In this document: positions 19,343 to 28,832 of the stretch, piece by piece | Position numbering within the stretch: the stretch's first letter is position 1 | How the letters are laid out: every line of letters starts with the position of its first letter | Source: Longimicrobiales bacterium | GTDB taxonomy: Bacteria; Gemmatimonadota; Gemmatimonadetes; Longimicrobiales; Gaopeijiaceae | DNA length: 64,000 nt | Direction: 5' to 3' | Assembly: GCA_041690395.1 (NCBI GenBank) | Contig: JAWLHJ010000004.1 | Location: forward strand, 160,001-224,000 | Notes under the pieces: generated by a model | Seen by the model: only the letters and a program-made list of their open reading frames with translations | Database searches by the model: none | What the model was told of the DNA's origin: nothing | Made by a program: the position numbers and the translations under genes

Positions 19343-20191
19343 TCAGAGCCGGATGACCAGTGTGAACGTGACGACGCTGTCGAGCTTCTCGCTCGGCGTG
19401 AGCACGGTCGTGCCGGTCGGCACCCCGCCGGAGGTCTCGAGAGGAACGCTCAGGAGAGCCGGAACGTTGTCCCAGATCAGCTGTAGCGAGGTCTTGAGGG
19501 CGAGCGCGTCGTTGATCGACACCGAGAGGGAGTTACCCCAGTCGAGCCGCACGTCGTCGGGCTCCGAGAAGCTGCTGTTCATCACCATCTGGCTCTGGAA
19601 CCGTGCCGTCTCCGTCAGCTCCTTGGCGGCGTCGACGGAGACCCGCCAGCCGCCGAAGCCTTCGTCCGCGTCGGGTGCCGGCTCCACGTCCTTCTGGATC
19701 GTGTAGGTGAGACCGACGTCGGCCTTGAGGCGGCCGGCGTCGGAGTCGATGAAGCTCCGACCCACACCTCCCACGATCTGGAAGCGGTTCTGGATTCCGG
19801 AGAAGGTGTTCCGGTCCCACCCGCCGCCGACGAACCCGAAGCCGACTCCGAAGGAGCGGTCGTATCGCCCGCGGGCGAAATAGCTCTCCGCGGTCGTCTC
19901 CGAGCGCACGGTCTCGGCGATGGTGAAGTCGCCCTGTGTACCGATGGCCCTGAGCGTGGTCACGTCCGACGAAGCCCTCACGCCGCCCACCTCGAACAGG
20001 AACTCATCCGGGGCGCCCGACCCCTCCAGGGTGCCCTTGAGGCCGAAGGTCTGGGACGACGCGTTGCCGGACGTGGAGACGTAGCTCACCTCGGTCGAGT
20101 TCTGCCAGGTGAACCCCGTGGGCTCCTGCGCCGCGGCGAGCGTGGGGGTGCCGACGAGGGCGAATGCCCAGATCCAGCTGAGGCGGGTCAT
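19343..20191 (-). CDS. Outer-membrane beta-barrel, DUF481/YdiY-like
   Basis: Signal peptide AAA-Q; STSGNASS; amphipathic beta strands; terminal strand FTLVIRL. Confidence 0.7.
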   Translation of the reverse strand: MTRLSWIWAFALVGTPTLAAAQEPTGFTWQNSTEVSYVSTSGNASSQTFGLKGTLEGSGAPDEFLFEVGGVRASSDVTTLRAIGTQGDFTIAETVRSETTAESYFARGRYDRSFGVGFGFVGGGWDRNTFSGIQNRFQIVGGVGRSFIDSDAGRLKADVGLTYTIQKDVEPAPDADEGFGGWRVSVDAAKELTETARFQSQMVMNSSFSEPDDVRLDWGNSLSVSINDALALKTSLQLIWDNVPALLSVPLETSGGVPTGTTVLTPSEKLDSVVTFTLVIRL

Positions 20192-21729
20192 GACGAGCTC
20201 CTGGAGGGTCGGTGCTTCGGGGGTCGAGCGATGACGATACCGTCGGCGATGCCGATGAGGAACCTGCTCGGGTCCATCTCTGCCGCGGGAGGTGAAGCGC
20301 CCACGGTATCGGAGCGGCGGACCTCCTGGCGCTCCTGGGGGCGCTCGTACCGCTGCCACACACCGATACGGACCGGGACGAAGACGGCCTCCAGCGGACG
20401 GATCGCGTCCCGGTCCGCGAAGAGCGGGACACCCTGGTATGCGCCCACCCTCAGGATCTCGCCACAGGTGATGTCGAAGGGCCCTCCGACCGGAACGAAC
20501 CGGTCACCCTCGAACTGGATGTCGTCGCGCCGCTCGTACCAGAGCGCGCCCGTGGCATACTGACCGGCGAAATCGACGATCGGGCGGAGCTCGGCGATCG
20601 GCGTGCCGCTCGGACCGACCAGCGTGTCGCCGGCCGCGGTGATGCGGACCGGAGCGCCCTGACCGGTCGACAGGCAGACGGTGGCCGGCTCCCCTTCGGG
20701 CTCCGCCGGAGCCCGTGCGTCGATGATGACCGTGTCGGGAGGCGGCGGCGGGATCCGGATCGTGTCCGGCTCGACCCGCTCCATGAGACGGGACCGACAG
20801 CGGAGACCCGGGGCGTCGGGACAGACGGAGAGGGAGACCGAGAAGCCGAGCTTCGGGGAACGATACCCCGATGTGTAGCCACCCGGAGGGCGCGAGTGGT
20901 TCGCCCCCAGGACGTGTACACCCACACTGGCGCCGCTCACATCGGCGCGCATGCCCACGTTGACGTCGAAGCCGTTGTGCTCGGCCATGATCAGGAAGAC
21001 CGCGTCGTCACCCAGCCGCCAGTGCGACGAAGCTCCCGCGAACCAGCCGTTCGAACCGTCCCCGTAGAAGTCCGCCCCGGAGGATCCCCGGAACATGCCC
21101 CCGCCCCACCCGAGCGACAGGACGAGGTCGTTCTCGGGGATCCTCGACGCGTCGAAGCCCCGCAGCTGAGCCGTCGCGACGCCGTAGAGCGAGAGCCGGG
21201 TGCGCATGGGCTTGTCCGAGCCCTCGAAGCGGCGCACGAGGCGCCTGTCCGGAAATCCGAGCCTCCCCGACGCGCGCATCACGCCGTCACCGAAGTCCTG
21301 CCGGGTCAGGTAACGACCGCCGACCGCCACGCCGACGCCCTGGCCACGAGGCTGGAGAAGGTTGAGCCGCCCGAAGATGCCCCACATGTCGCCGCCGGAG
21401 TCCGACGATCCCAGGGACTGGATCGAGACGCCCATCTCCCCGCGGTCGAAGAGGCCCACCGAGAGCGACCCGTCGTCGTGGTAGAAGCGGCCACCCGGCG
21501 CGAAGCCCGCCTCCTCGCCGAAGTCGTCCACGAGGACGCTCCGGTCGACGTTCGTCCAGAAGCCCGAATAGCCCGCCTGGACCCGCATGTGCGGCAGGAC
21601 GGAGGCGACCGGAACGTCCAGTAACCCGCTTCCGTAGCGGAGCGTGTTCCCGAACGTCGGCGCCTGCGCGCTCGCGGCCGCCGCCGCCACGAGCGACAGC
21701 GCGAACAGGCCGACGAGGGTAGGGCGCAT
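20188..21729 (-). CDS. Exported protein with YjbH-like beta-rich N-terminus, Pro linker and C-terminal domain
   Basis: Signal peptide ASA-Q; YGSGLLDVPVA resembles the YjbH start; PPPPP linker; stop overlaps the next ATG. Confidence 0.55.
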   Translation of the reverse strand: MRPTLVGLFALSLVAAAAASAQAPTFGNTLRYGSGLLDVPVASVLPHMRVQAGYSGFWTNVDRSVLVDDFGEEAGFAPGGRFYHDDGSLSVGLFDRGEMGVSIQSLGSSDSGGDMWGIFGRLNLLQPRGQGVGVAVGGRYLTRQDFGDGVMRASGRLGFPDRRLVRRFEGSDKPMRTRLSLYGVATAQLRGFDASRIPENDLVLSLGWGGGMFRGSSGADFYGDGSNGWFAGASSHWRLGDDAVFLIMAEHNGFDVNVGMRADVSGASVGVHVLGANHSRPPGGYTSGYRSPKLGFSVSLSVCPDAPGLRCRSRLMERVEPDTIRIPPPPPDTVIIDARAPAEPEGEPATVCLSTGQGAPVRITAAGDTLVGPSGTPIAELRPIVDFAGQYATGALWYERRDDIQFEGDRFVPVGGPFDITCGEILRVGAYQGVPLFADRDAIRPLEAVFVPVRIGVWQRYERPQERQEVRRSDTVGASPPAAEMDPSRFLIGIADGIVIARPPKHRPSRSSS

Positions 21730-21734
21730 GGGTC

Positions 21735-21989
21735 CTACTCCTCCAGGCGGTCCTCGACGTCCCTCAACCGCCTCGAGATCGAGACCACCCAGACGAGGAC
21801 CAGGGCGATGGCGATGGCGTAGGCGATGAACACGTGCCAATAGGGCCGAAGGCTCTGGCGAGCCATGCCGGCGGCGGGCATCGCGGCGTCCTGGGCCCAC
21901 GCGGGGAGGGCGCCGAGCGCCAGGAACGCCAGGGCGCCGAGCTGTCGGAGAAGCGCGTCGGGTCGAAGCATCGGGAATATCCGGATCAT
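21735..21989 (-). CDS. ccmD: CcmD-like heme exporter subunit
   Basis: Follows ccmC; single TM VFIAYAIAIALVLVWVVSI followed by a charged tail. Confidence 0.6.
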   Translation of the reverse strand: MIRIFPMLRPDALLRQLGALAFLALGALPAWAQDAAMPAAGMARQSLRPYWHVFIAYAIAIALVLVWVVSISRRLRDVEDRLEE

Positions 21990-21998
21990 GGGAACGAG

Positions 21999-22700
21999 TC
22001 AGGAGCCGAGGACGGAGGCGCGCCGCGCGCGCTCGTCGAGACCGGACCGCAGCCCTTCGAGGGCGTAGCGGAGCAGGAACAGCCCGAAGAAGAGCAAAGT
22101 GAAGACGGCCAGGCTCGTCAGGAGCAGGGTCAGCATGTCACCTGGCAGCGTGGGGCCTTCGGGCTTCACCACGACCGGCTGCGGGTGGAGCGAGCGGAAC
22201 CACAGCACGCTCAGATGGATGAACGGGATGTCGAGAGCGCCGACGATCGCGACCACGGCGGCGAAGCGCTTCCCCTTCTCCGGGTTGTCGCTGGAGCTCC
22301 TCACCATGAAGTAGCCCAGGAAGATGAACCACATGAGCAGGGTGAGCGTGAGCCGAGGCTCCCAGGTCCAGTACGTCCCCCACGCGATGCGGCCCCAGAG
22401 CGGCCCGGTGGTGAGCATGATGGTGGCGAAGACCATGCCGCCCTCCGCGGCCGCGACGGCGGCTCGGTCGAGCCGCTCGTCCCTCAGCCACAGGTACATG
22501 CCGCTCGTCAGGGCACACAGGCCGAAGGCCAGGAACGACGTCCACGCCGCCGGCACGTGTACGTAGAAGATCCGCTGAGCGACGCCCTGGCTGACCTCCG
22601 TGGACACCCAGAAGAAGGACAGCCAGTAGACGAAGGCCATCCCGAGCAGGCCCAACACCGTGAGCGCGGTTCCGGCGCGTCTCATACCGGATATCGACAT
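21999..22700 (-). CDS. ccmC: Heme exporter protein C
   Basis: IFYVHVP, WWD-type WGRIAWGTYWTWEPR, RSLHP. Confidence 0.93.
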   Translation of the reverse strand: MSISGMRRAGTALTVLGLLGMAFVYWLSFFWVSTEVSQGVAQRIFYVHVPAAWTSFLAFGLCALTSGMYLWLRDERLDRAAVAAAEGGMVFATIMLTTGPLWGRIAWGTYWTWEPRLTLTLLMWFIFLGYFMVRSSSDNPEKGKRFAAVVAIVGALDIPFIHLSVLWFRSLHPQPVVVKPEGPTLPGDMLTLLLTSLAVFTLLFFGLFLLRYALEGLRSGLDERARRASVLGS

Positions 22701-23380
22701 CAATCCTCCACGACGAAGCGAAAGAGCACGGCGCCGGCGGCCAGCGTGGCCAGCGCGAATGCCGCGAGCATCCTCAGGTTGCCGGCCACTTCCACGAGCG
22801 GCCGGTCGGCCAACAGCCGCGCCGTGGCGCCGACTCCGTAGATGACCATGGGAACTAGTAGCGGAAAGATAAGGATGGGCAACAGCGTCTCGCCCATGCG
22901 CGTGCCCGCGGTGACCGCCGAGAACAGGGTGCCGAGCGCCACGAAGCCCAGCGACCCGAGGCCGAAGGCCGTCAGGAGGGCCAGCGGGTGCGATCCGAGA
23001 TCGAGCCCGAAGAAGAGCGTGAAGACGCCGAGCACGAGCAAGGCAACCGCGAACAGCAGTATGAAGTTGGCCAGCACCTTCCCGAAGAACACGGCGTCTT
23101 TCGGGGTCGGAGAGAGGAGCACGCCCTGGAAGGCGTCGTCCTGCGCCTCTAGGTGGAAGGTGCGGCCGATCCCGAGGAGTCCTCCGAAGACGAGGGTCAC
23201 CCAGATCAGGCCCGCCGCGATGTCCTGCATGCGGACGAGGGAGGTGTCGACGGAGTAGTTGAACAGGACCCCGGCGAGCACCGCGAACGCCCCCATCGAC
23301 GAGACCCGCTCACGCGTACGGAGCTCGAGGAGCGCGTCCTTCCACATGACCACGTACACCTGCCTCAGATAGGCCGTCAC
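22700..23380 (-). CDS. ccmB: Heme exporter protein B
   Basis: Six TM helices; KD..LELRT and LLPILIFPLLVP. Confidence 0.9.
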   Translation of the reverse strand: MTAYLRQVYVVMWKDALLELRTRERVSSMGAFAVLAGVLFNYSVDTSLVRMQDIAAGLIWVTLVFGGLLGIGRTFHLEAQDDAFQGVLLSPTPKDAVFFGKVLANFILLFAVALLVLGVFTLFFGLDLGSHPLALLTAFGLGSLGFVALGTLFSAVTAGTRMGETLLPILIFPLLVPMVIYGVGATARLLADRPLVEVAGNLRMLAAFALATLAAGAVLFRFVVED

Positions 23381-24150
23381 GAGCGCTCCTCGACGACGCG
23401 ATGGTACAGGTGCTCGAAGTCCGCGCCGGCGTCCGCGCGCGTCCCTTCCCAGGCGAACCGTCCCCCCACCTGGACCGCCACGCGGGTCGCGAGCTCGAGC
23501 CCCTCGTGGAGATTGTGGGTGACCATCACGACCGTGCGCTCGCCGTCGCGTAGCTCGGTCAGCACTCCCCGGAGGAGCGCGGCGGCCGAAGGATCGAGCC
23601 CGGTGTAGGGCTCGTCCAGGAGCACGAGGCGCGGGTCGTGGAGGAGGGCTCGCGCCAGAGAAAGTCTCTGCCGCATGCCGTGGGACAGCTCGCGAACACG
23701 TGCGCGCGCCTTACCCGCGAGTCCGACCTGCCGGAGGCGCTCCGGAACCCGGTCTTCGAGGTCCGGGAGGTCGTAGAGGGTCCCGTAGAAGCGGAGGTTC
23801 TCCTCGGCGGTCAGCTGCGCGTACAGGAAGCCGCGATGAGACAGGACTCCGACGTGCCGGCGCCACGACCCTCCGTCCGCCGCGAGGTCCACGCCGCCCA
23901 CGCGCACCGTGCCACGGGTGGGCCGAAGGGCCCCGGAGAGCATGCCGAGCAGCGACGACTTCCCCGCCCCGTTCGGCCCGAAGACCGAGAGGAACTCACC
24001 GGCGGCGAGTTCGAGGTCGATGCCCGCGACCGCGACGACCGGCCCGTACTCGCGAAACAGACCGCGGGCGTCGAGTACGGGGGCGTCGGCCGCCGGAGCG
24101 GAGCCCTCGGATGGGTGGGACTCCGCCACGGGACTGGTAGGGCGCGGCAC
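23377..24150 (-). CDS. ccmA: Heme ABC exporter ATP-binding protein
   Basis: GPNGAGKS, LSHGMRQR and LLDEPYTGLD; sits in the ccm operon. Confidence 0.9.
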   Translation of the reverse strand: MPRPTSPVAESHPSEGSAPAADAPVLDARGLFREYGPVVAVAGIDLELAAGEFLSVFGPNGAGKSSLLGMLSGALRPTRGTVRVGGVDLAADGGSWRRHVGVLSHRGFLYAQLTAEENLRFYGTLYDLPDLEDRVPERLRQVGLAGKARARVRELSHGMRQRLSLARALLHDPRLVLLDEPYTGLDPSAAALLRGVLTELRDGERTVVMVTHNLHEGLELATRVAVQVGGRFAWEGTRADAGADFEHLYHRVVEERS

Positions 24151-24156
24151 CGCTCC

Positions 24157-24606
24157 TCAGCCGACCGCCCGGTCTCCGAGCGCCGCGCCGCACGAAGAGC
24201 AGAAGCGGCTCCCGTCTTCGTTCGTGTAGCCGCACGAAGAGCAGACGAGACCACTCCGGATGTGACGGCGGATACGGGCGATCTCGGCTTCCAGGTCGTC
24301 TGTGGTCGACGCCGTGGCAACGCCGCCGGACTCGGATCGAGCGGCCTCGTCGGCTTCCAACGCCGCGAGGGCTTCGGCCGTCAGCTCGCTCTTCATCGCC
24401 CGGTAGTCCTCTTCGTCGAGCTTTCCGGCGAGGAAGTCGTACTCCACATCCCGGAGCGCCAGGAGCGCGACGCGCTTCCGTGCTTCGGTGTCCGTCAGCT
24501 CGTCGTCCTCACGCTCCAGCGAGGCATGCATCCCCTTCACCACCGGCTGGACGATGAACATGATCACCGCCGCGCTGACGAGGGCCACGCCCAGAAGCAA
24601 GGTCAC
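24157..24606 (-). CDS. CcmI-N-like membrane protein with C-terminal zinc ribbon
   Basis: N-terminal TM; LRDVEYDFLAGKLDEEDY; CSSC...CSSC. Confidence 0.7.
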   Translation of the reverse strand: MTLLLGVALVSAAVIMFIVQPVVKGMHASLEREDDELTDTEARKRVALLALRDVEYDFLAGKLDEEDYRAMKSELTAEALAALEADEAARSESGGVATASTTDDLEAEIARIRRHIRSGLVCSSCGYTNEDGSRFCSSCGAALGDRAVG

Positions 24607-24624
24607 CGCCCGACTCCCGCCACC

Positions 24625-26700
24625 TCAGCCCGCCGAGCCGGCGGGGGCCGGGGTCGGCCGACTGCCCTCGGACGTGCCGGACGACACCGCGCCGGCCGTC
24701 TTGCGCGGGTCCGCGCTCGGCCACAGGGCGATGACGGTACCGATGACCAGCATCAAGGTCCCGAACCAGATCCAGCCCACCAGCGGCTTGATCAGGACCT
24801 GGAGGTCGATCCCCTGAGCCGACGAGTCGGCGTTCAGGGCCGCCCGGGTATCGTCCACCGCCGACAGGATGAGGTACAGGTCCTCGCGCGCGATCGAGCG
24901 AATGCCGACCTCCGTCATCTGCTGGTCGCTGGTGACGTACTGCCGCTTCTCGGTCGTGAGAACGCCGGCCGGATCGCCGTCCTGGCTCACCGACACCGTC
25001 GCGATCATCTGCCAGAGCAGATTCCTCTGCCCCTGGCCGAGGGAAACCGACAGCCCCTCGTACGTCAGCTCGTACGTGTGTCCGAACGGCGACGCGACCT
25101 GTACGACGTCGCCGGGCATCACGTGGTGTCGGGTATCCACATTGTAGGCGGCGCCGGCGAAGCCCATCACCATGATGACGAAGCCCACGTGGACGATGTA
25201 GCCGCCCCACCGGCGACGGTTCCGCGTGACCAGGTGGAAGAAGGCCAGCAGGTAGCCTTCGCCCTCGATGCGGGCGCGGGCCTTGGTGCCCTTCCAGAAC
25301 TCCGTCGCGATGACCGTGAGCACGAAGGCGCTGATGCCCCAGGTCACGAGCGCGAGGCCGTGGCGCGCGCCCATGGTCCAGATGACCGCGGCGGTGCCGA
25401 GACCGACGAGGACGGGAGTCAGGAAGTTGCGCTGCAGATTCCGCTTCGACGCACGCCTCCACGCGATGACGGGTCCGATCCCCACCAGGGTGAGGAGCGC
25501 GAGACCGATCGGGAAGTTCACCCGCTCGAAGAACGGCGGCCCCACGCTGATCTGCTGACCCGTGACGCCTTCGGTGATGAGCGGGAAGAGTGTGCCCCAC
25601 ATGACGGCGAAGGCCGCGCCGACAAGCAACAGGTTGTTGAACAGGAAGGCCGATTCACGCGAGAGGAACGACTCGATCTGGTTCTCGCTCCGGAGCTGCG
25701 GCAGCCGGTACAGGATGAGCACCGTGCAGAGCGCGAGCATGCCGCCCATGAAGCCCAGGAAGATGTACGCGATCGTCAGGTTCTGGGCGAAGGTGTGCAC
25801 CGACTCGATGAGGCCGGCGCGCGTCAGGAAGGTCGCGAAGATCGTGAGAAGGAACGTCAGGAGGACGAGGGACATGTTCCAGATCTTCAACATGCCCCGC
25901 TTTTCCTGGATCTGGATCGAGTGCAGGAACGCGGTCGCCGTCAGCCAGGGCAGAAGCGACGCGTTCTCCACAGGATCCCAGAACCAGTACCCGCCCCAGC
26001 CCAGCTCCTCGTACGCCCACCGCATGCCGAATACGATGCCCACGGACAGGAAGAGCCAACTCGTCAGGATCCACCTGCGCGTGAGCTGGATCCAGCGCGC
26101 GTCGAGCCGTCCGCTGAGGAGCGCCGACACGGCGAAGGCGAAGGGGACCGTGAACGCCGTGAAGCCGAGATACAGCGTCGGCGGGTGGATCGTCATCCAG
26201 TAGTTCTGGAGCTGCGGATTCAGCCCCTGGCCGTTCGCCGGGATGAAGTCGAGCCGCTCGAACGGATTCACCTCCGCGAACAGCAGGACGACGACGAAGA
26301 AGGCGAGAATCGTCTGGAGCACGCCCGCGACGTAGGGCATGAACTCACGGTTCTTGTTCCGGTTCTGGAACACGGCCACGCTCGAGAACAGCCCGAGCAG
26401 GAGCGCCCAGAAGAGCAGCGAACCACGCTGTCCGGCCCAGAGCCCCGTGATCTTGTAGAAGAGCTCCATCTCGCGGTTCGAATAGCTGGCGACGTACCAG
26501 TACTCGAAGCTGTCGGTCAGGAACGAGACGACGATCCCGATCGACGCCACGAGGTGCAGGAGGAAGACGGCGTAGATGCTCCGCTCCGCGCTGAGCACCA
26601 GATCCCCTCGCTGGGTCCGTCCCCCGGCGAAGCCCAGGAACATCCCCCAAAGTGCGACGGGAAGGGAGATCCAGAGGGCGAACTCCCCCAGTACGATCAC
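24625..26700 (-). CDS. ccmF: Cytochrome c-type biogenesis heme lyase CcmF
   Basis: GLNPQLQN, HPP, WAYEELGWGGYWFWDPVEN and SVHTF motifs. Confidence 0.96.
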   Translation of the reverse strand: MIVLGEFALWISLPVALWGMFLGFAGGRTQRGDLVLSAERSIYAVFLLHLVASIGIVVSFLTDSFEYWYVASYSNREMELFYKITGLWAGQRGSLLFWALLLGLFSSVAVFQNRNKNREFMPYVAGVLQTILAFFVVVLLFAEVNPFERLDFIPANGQGLNPQLQNYWMTIHPPTLYLGFTAFTVPFAFAVSALLSGRLDARWIQLTRRWILTSWLFLSVGIVFGMRWAYEELGWGGYWFWDPVENASLLPWLTATAFLHSIQIQEKRGMLKIWNMSLVLLTFLLTIFATFLTRAGLIESVHTFAQNLTIAYIFLGFMGGMLALCTVLILYRLPQLRSENQIESFLSRESAFLFNNLLLVGAAFAVMWGTLFPLITEGVTGQQISVGPPFFERVNFPIGLALLTLVGIGPVIAWRRASKRNLQRNFLTPVLVGLGTAAVIWTMGARHGLALVTWGISAFVLTVIATEFWKGTKARARIEGEGYLLAFFHLVTRNRRRWGGYIVHVGFVIMVMGFAGAAYNVDTRHHVMPGDVVQVASPFGHTYELTYEGLSVSLGQGQRNLLWQMIATVSVSQDGDPAGVLTTEKRQYVTSDQQMTEVGIRSIAREDLYLILSAVDDTRAALNADSSAQGIDLQVLIKPLVGWIWFGTLMLVIGTVIALWPSADPRKTAGAVSSGTSEGSRPTPAPAGSAG

Positions 26701-27116
26701 CGCGCGAGGTCCTCGGGCGCGGCTTCATAGCGACTGCCGCACTTCGTGAGCAGCGTCGTGGCCTCGAAGACGCCGTCCGCGTTCAGCCGCCCCTCGACCA
26801 CGACCTCGACCTCGTCGGTGAAGGTGTCGGGCAGCGCGTCGCGCCACTCGACCGGGAAGGTCACGGACTCGTCCTCCAGATCGTGGATGACGAAACGGTG
26901 CAGGAGCTCACCTTCCACCCGCTCATAGGTGCCGGGGACGACCTTGCCGCTCACCTTCACGCCCAGGTCGCGGAAGCTGGGATCTTCCTCGACGCGCTCC
27001 ACGAGCTCGACCGGGGTCAGGTAATAGACCATGGTGCTGCTCACACCGGTCCAGACCAGATACGAGATCACGGCGGCTACGCCGACGAGACCCACCATGA
27101 AACGGCCGTGCTTCAT
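26697..27116 (-). CDS. ccmE: Heme chaperone CcmE, CxxxY variant
   Basis: N-terminal TM, YYLTP, LPDTF, VVVEG, TKCGSRY. Confidence 0.92.
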   Translation of the reverse strand: MKHGRFMVGLVGVAAVISYLVWTGVSSTMVYYLTPVELVERVEEDPSFRDLGVKVSGKVVPGTYERVEGELLHRFVIHDLEDESVTFPVEWRDALPDTFTDEVEVVVEGRLNADGVFEATTLLTKCGSRYEAAPEDLAR

Positions 27117-27270
27117 ATTCTCTTCCTCCCCGAAGGGTCGACTCCAACGTGGGTGGAATGTAGCGGCTCTTCGAGTCGCCGAACCAGTCCGGGAAATCCC
27201 CTACGGAGAGTCCCCCACCGGCCGAATCCACCGTCGTATCTGATAACCCGGAGGCCGTCCGTCGATCCCT

Positions 27271-28773
27271 TCAGGACGCGACGTCGCCGGCCCAGTGGAT
27301 CGCGGTCCTGACGGCCCGCCGCCATTGCGCGAGGGCGTGCCTGCGCCCCGCGGGGGTGAGTGTCGGCTGGAATCGGTCCGGCTCACCTTGTGCCTCGAGG
27401 AAATCCGCCGAGGTGCGCCAGACGCCCGTGGCCACGCCGGCCAACCCCGCGGCGCCCAGCGCCGTCGTCTCGGGCATGGCCGCGCGTCGCACCGGACGGT
27501 CGAGCACGCCGGCCTGGTACTCCATCATCCAGTCGTTCATGGCCGCGCCCCCGTCCACCCGGAGCTCGGGCGAGACGATCCCCGAATCGGCCTCCATCGC
27601 CTCGAGGACCTCGGCCGTGCCGTAGGTCATCGCTTCGAGCGCGGCCCGTGCCAGGTGGGCGCGCGTGGTTCCCCGCGACAGACCGACGATGGTCCCGCGA
27701 GCGTCCGGCTCCCAGTGCGGCGCCCCGAGGCCCACGAACGCCGGCACGAAGTACACGTCGCCGTTGTCCGGCACGGAGCGCGCGAGCGCCTCGGATTCCG
27801 CGGCAGAGCCCAGGATCTCCAGCCCGTCCCGCAGCCACTGGACGGCGGCGCCCGCGATGAAGACCGACCCTTCGAGGGCATACGCGGCGCCGCCCTCCGC
27901 GTCGCACGCCACCGTGGTCAGGAGCCCGTGGCGCGAGATCACCCGCTCCGTGCCCGTGTGCTGCAGCAGGAACGAGCCCGTTCCGTAGGTGTTCTTGGCC
28001 GACCCCGCGTCCCAACACCCCTGGCCGAACAGCGCCGACTGCTGATCGCCCGCGACGCCCGCCACCGGGACCTCGATGCCCAGGTGTTCGCCGAGCGCCA
28101 TGCCGAAGGTCCCGGAGCTGGGCCGGACCTCGGGGAGCATCGACGCCGGGACCTCGAGCAGATCGAGCGCCCAGGGATCCCACCTGAGCTCGCGCAGGTC
28201 GTACAGCATGGTCCGCGACGCGTTGGTCGGGTCGGTCGCGTGAACCCGGCCGCCCGTCAGGCGGGCGATCAGCCAGGCGTCGATGGTTCCGAGCGCGAGC
28301 TCACCCGCCTCCGCGCGCCGCCTGAGCTCCGGGTGCTCCCGCAGGAGCCAGGTCACCTTCGTGCCGGAGAAGTACGGATCGATGACGAGCCCGGTGCGCT
28401 CCCGGATCCGGTCCGCGTGGCCGGCCCGCTCGAGCTCCCGGCAGATTCCGGTCGTGCGCCGATCCTGCCAGACGATCGCGCGGTGCACCGGTTCGAGCGT
28501 CTCGCGGTCCCAGAGCACCACGGTCTCGCGTTGGTTGGTGATGCCGATCCCTCTTACTTCGGCCGCATCGGCCGCGGCGGCGATGGCTTCACGGGCCACG
28601 TGCCGGGTCACGGTCCATATCTCCTCGGCGTCGTGCTCCACCCATCCGGACCGGGGAAAATGCTGGGTAAACTCGGAGTAGGCCCGTCCGAGCACGTCGC
28701 CTTCCTCGCCGACGACGAGGCACGTGGTTCCGGTGGTTCCCTGGTCGATGGCGAGAACGGCTGGCGTCGGCAT
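27271..28773 (-). CDS. glpK: Glycerol kinase
   Basis: IDQGTTG, GITNQRET, DPYFSGTK, GDQQSALFG, KNTYGTG and VPAFVGLGAP motifs. Confidence 0.96.
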   Translation of the reverse strand: MPTPAVLAIDQGTTGTTCLVVGEEGDVLGRAYSEFTQHFPRSGWVEHDAEEIWTVTRHVAREAIAAAADAAEVRGIGITNQRETVVLWDRETLEPVHRAIVWQDRRTTGICRELERAGHADRIRERTGLVIDPYFSGTKVTWLLREHPELRRRAEAGELALGTIDAWLIARLTGGRVHATDPTNASRTMLYDLRELRWDPWALDLLEVPASMLPEVRPSSGTFGMALGEHLGIEVPVAGVAGDQQSALFGQGCWDAGSAKNTYGTGSFLLQHTGTERVISRHGLLTTVACDAEGGAAYALEGSVFIAGAAVQWLRDGLEILGSAAESEALARSVPDNGDVYFVPAFVGLGAPHWEPDARGTIVGLSRGTTRAHLARAALEAMTYGTAEVLEAMEADSGIVSPELRVDGGAAMNDWMMEYQAGVLDRPVRRAAMPETTALGAAGLAGVATGVWRTSADFLEAQGEPDRFQPTLTPAGRRHALAQWRRAVRTAIHWAGDVAS

Positions 28774-28832
28774 GTCGGCTCCGTGTTGCGTGGGCTGGGC
28801 GCGCCGAGCGGGCCCGGCTCGGGCCGCCGATG

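Noticed and set aside
23638..26730. 1030-aa plus-strand ORF, and similar long ORFs at 14203-16617, 5348-7246, 12553-14166, 29941-31548, 52900-54453 and 62330-63982
   Set aside because: Antisense shadows of well-supported genes (ccmF, alaS/recA, pdxJ, glmS, lepA, mfd); stop codons are scarce at high GC and no motifs are present.
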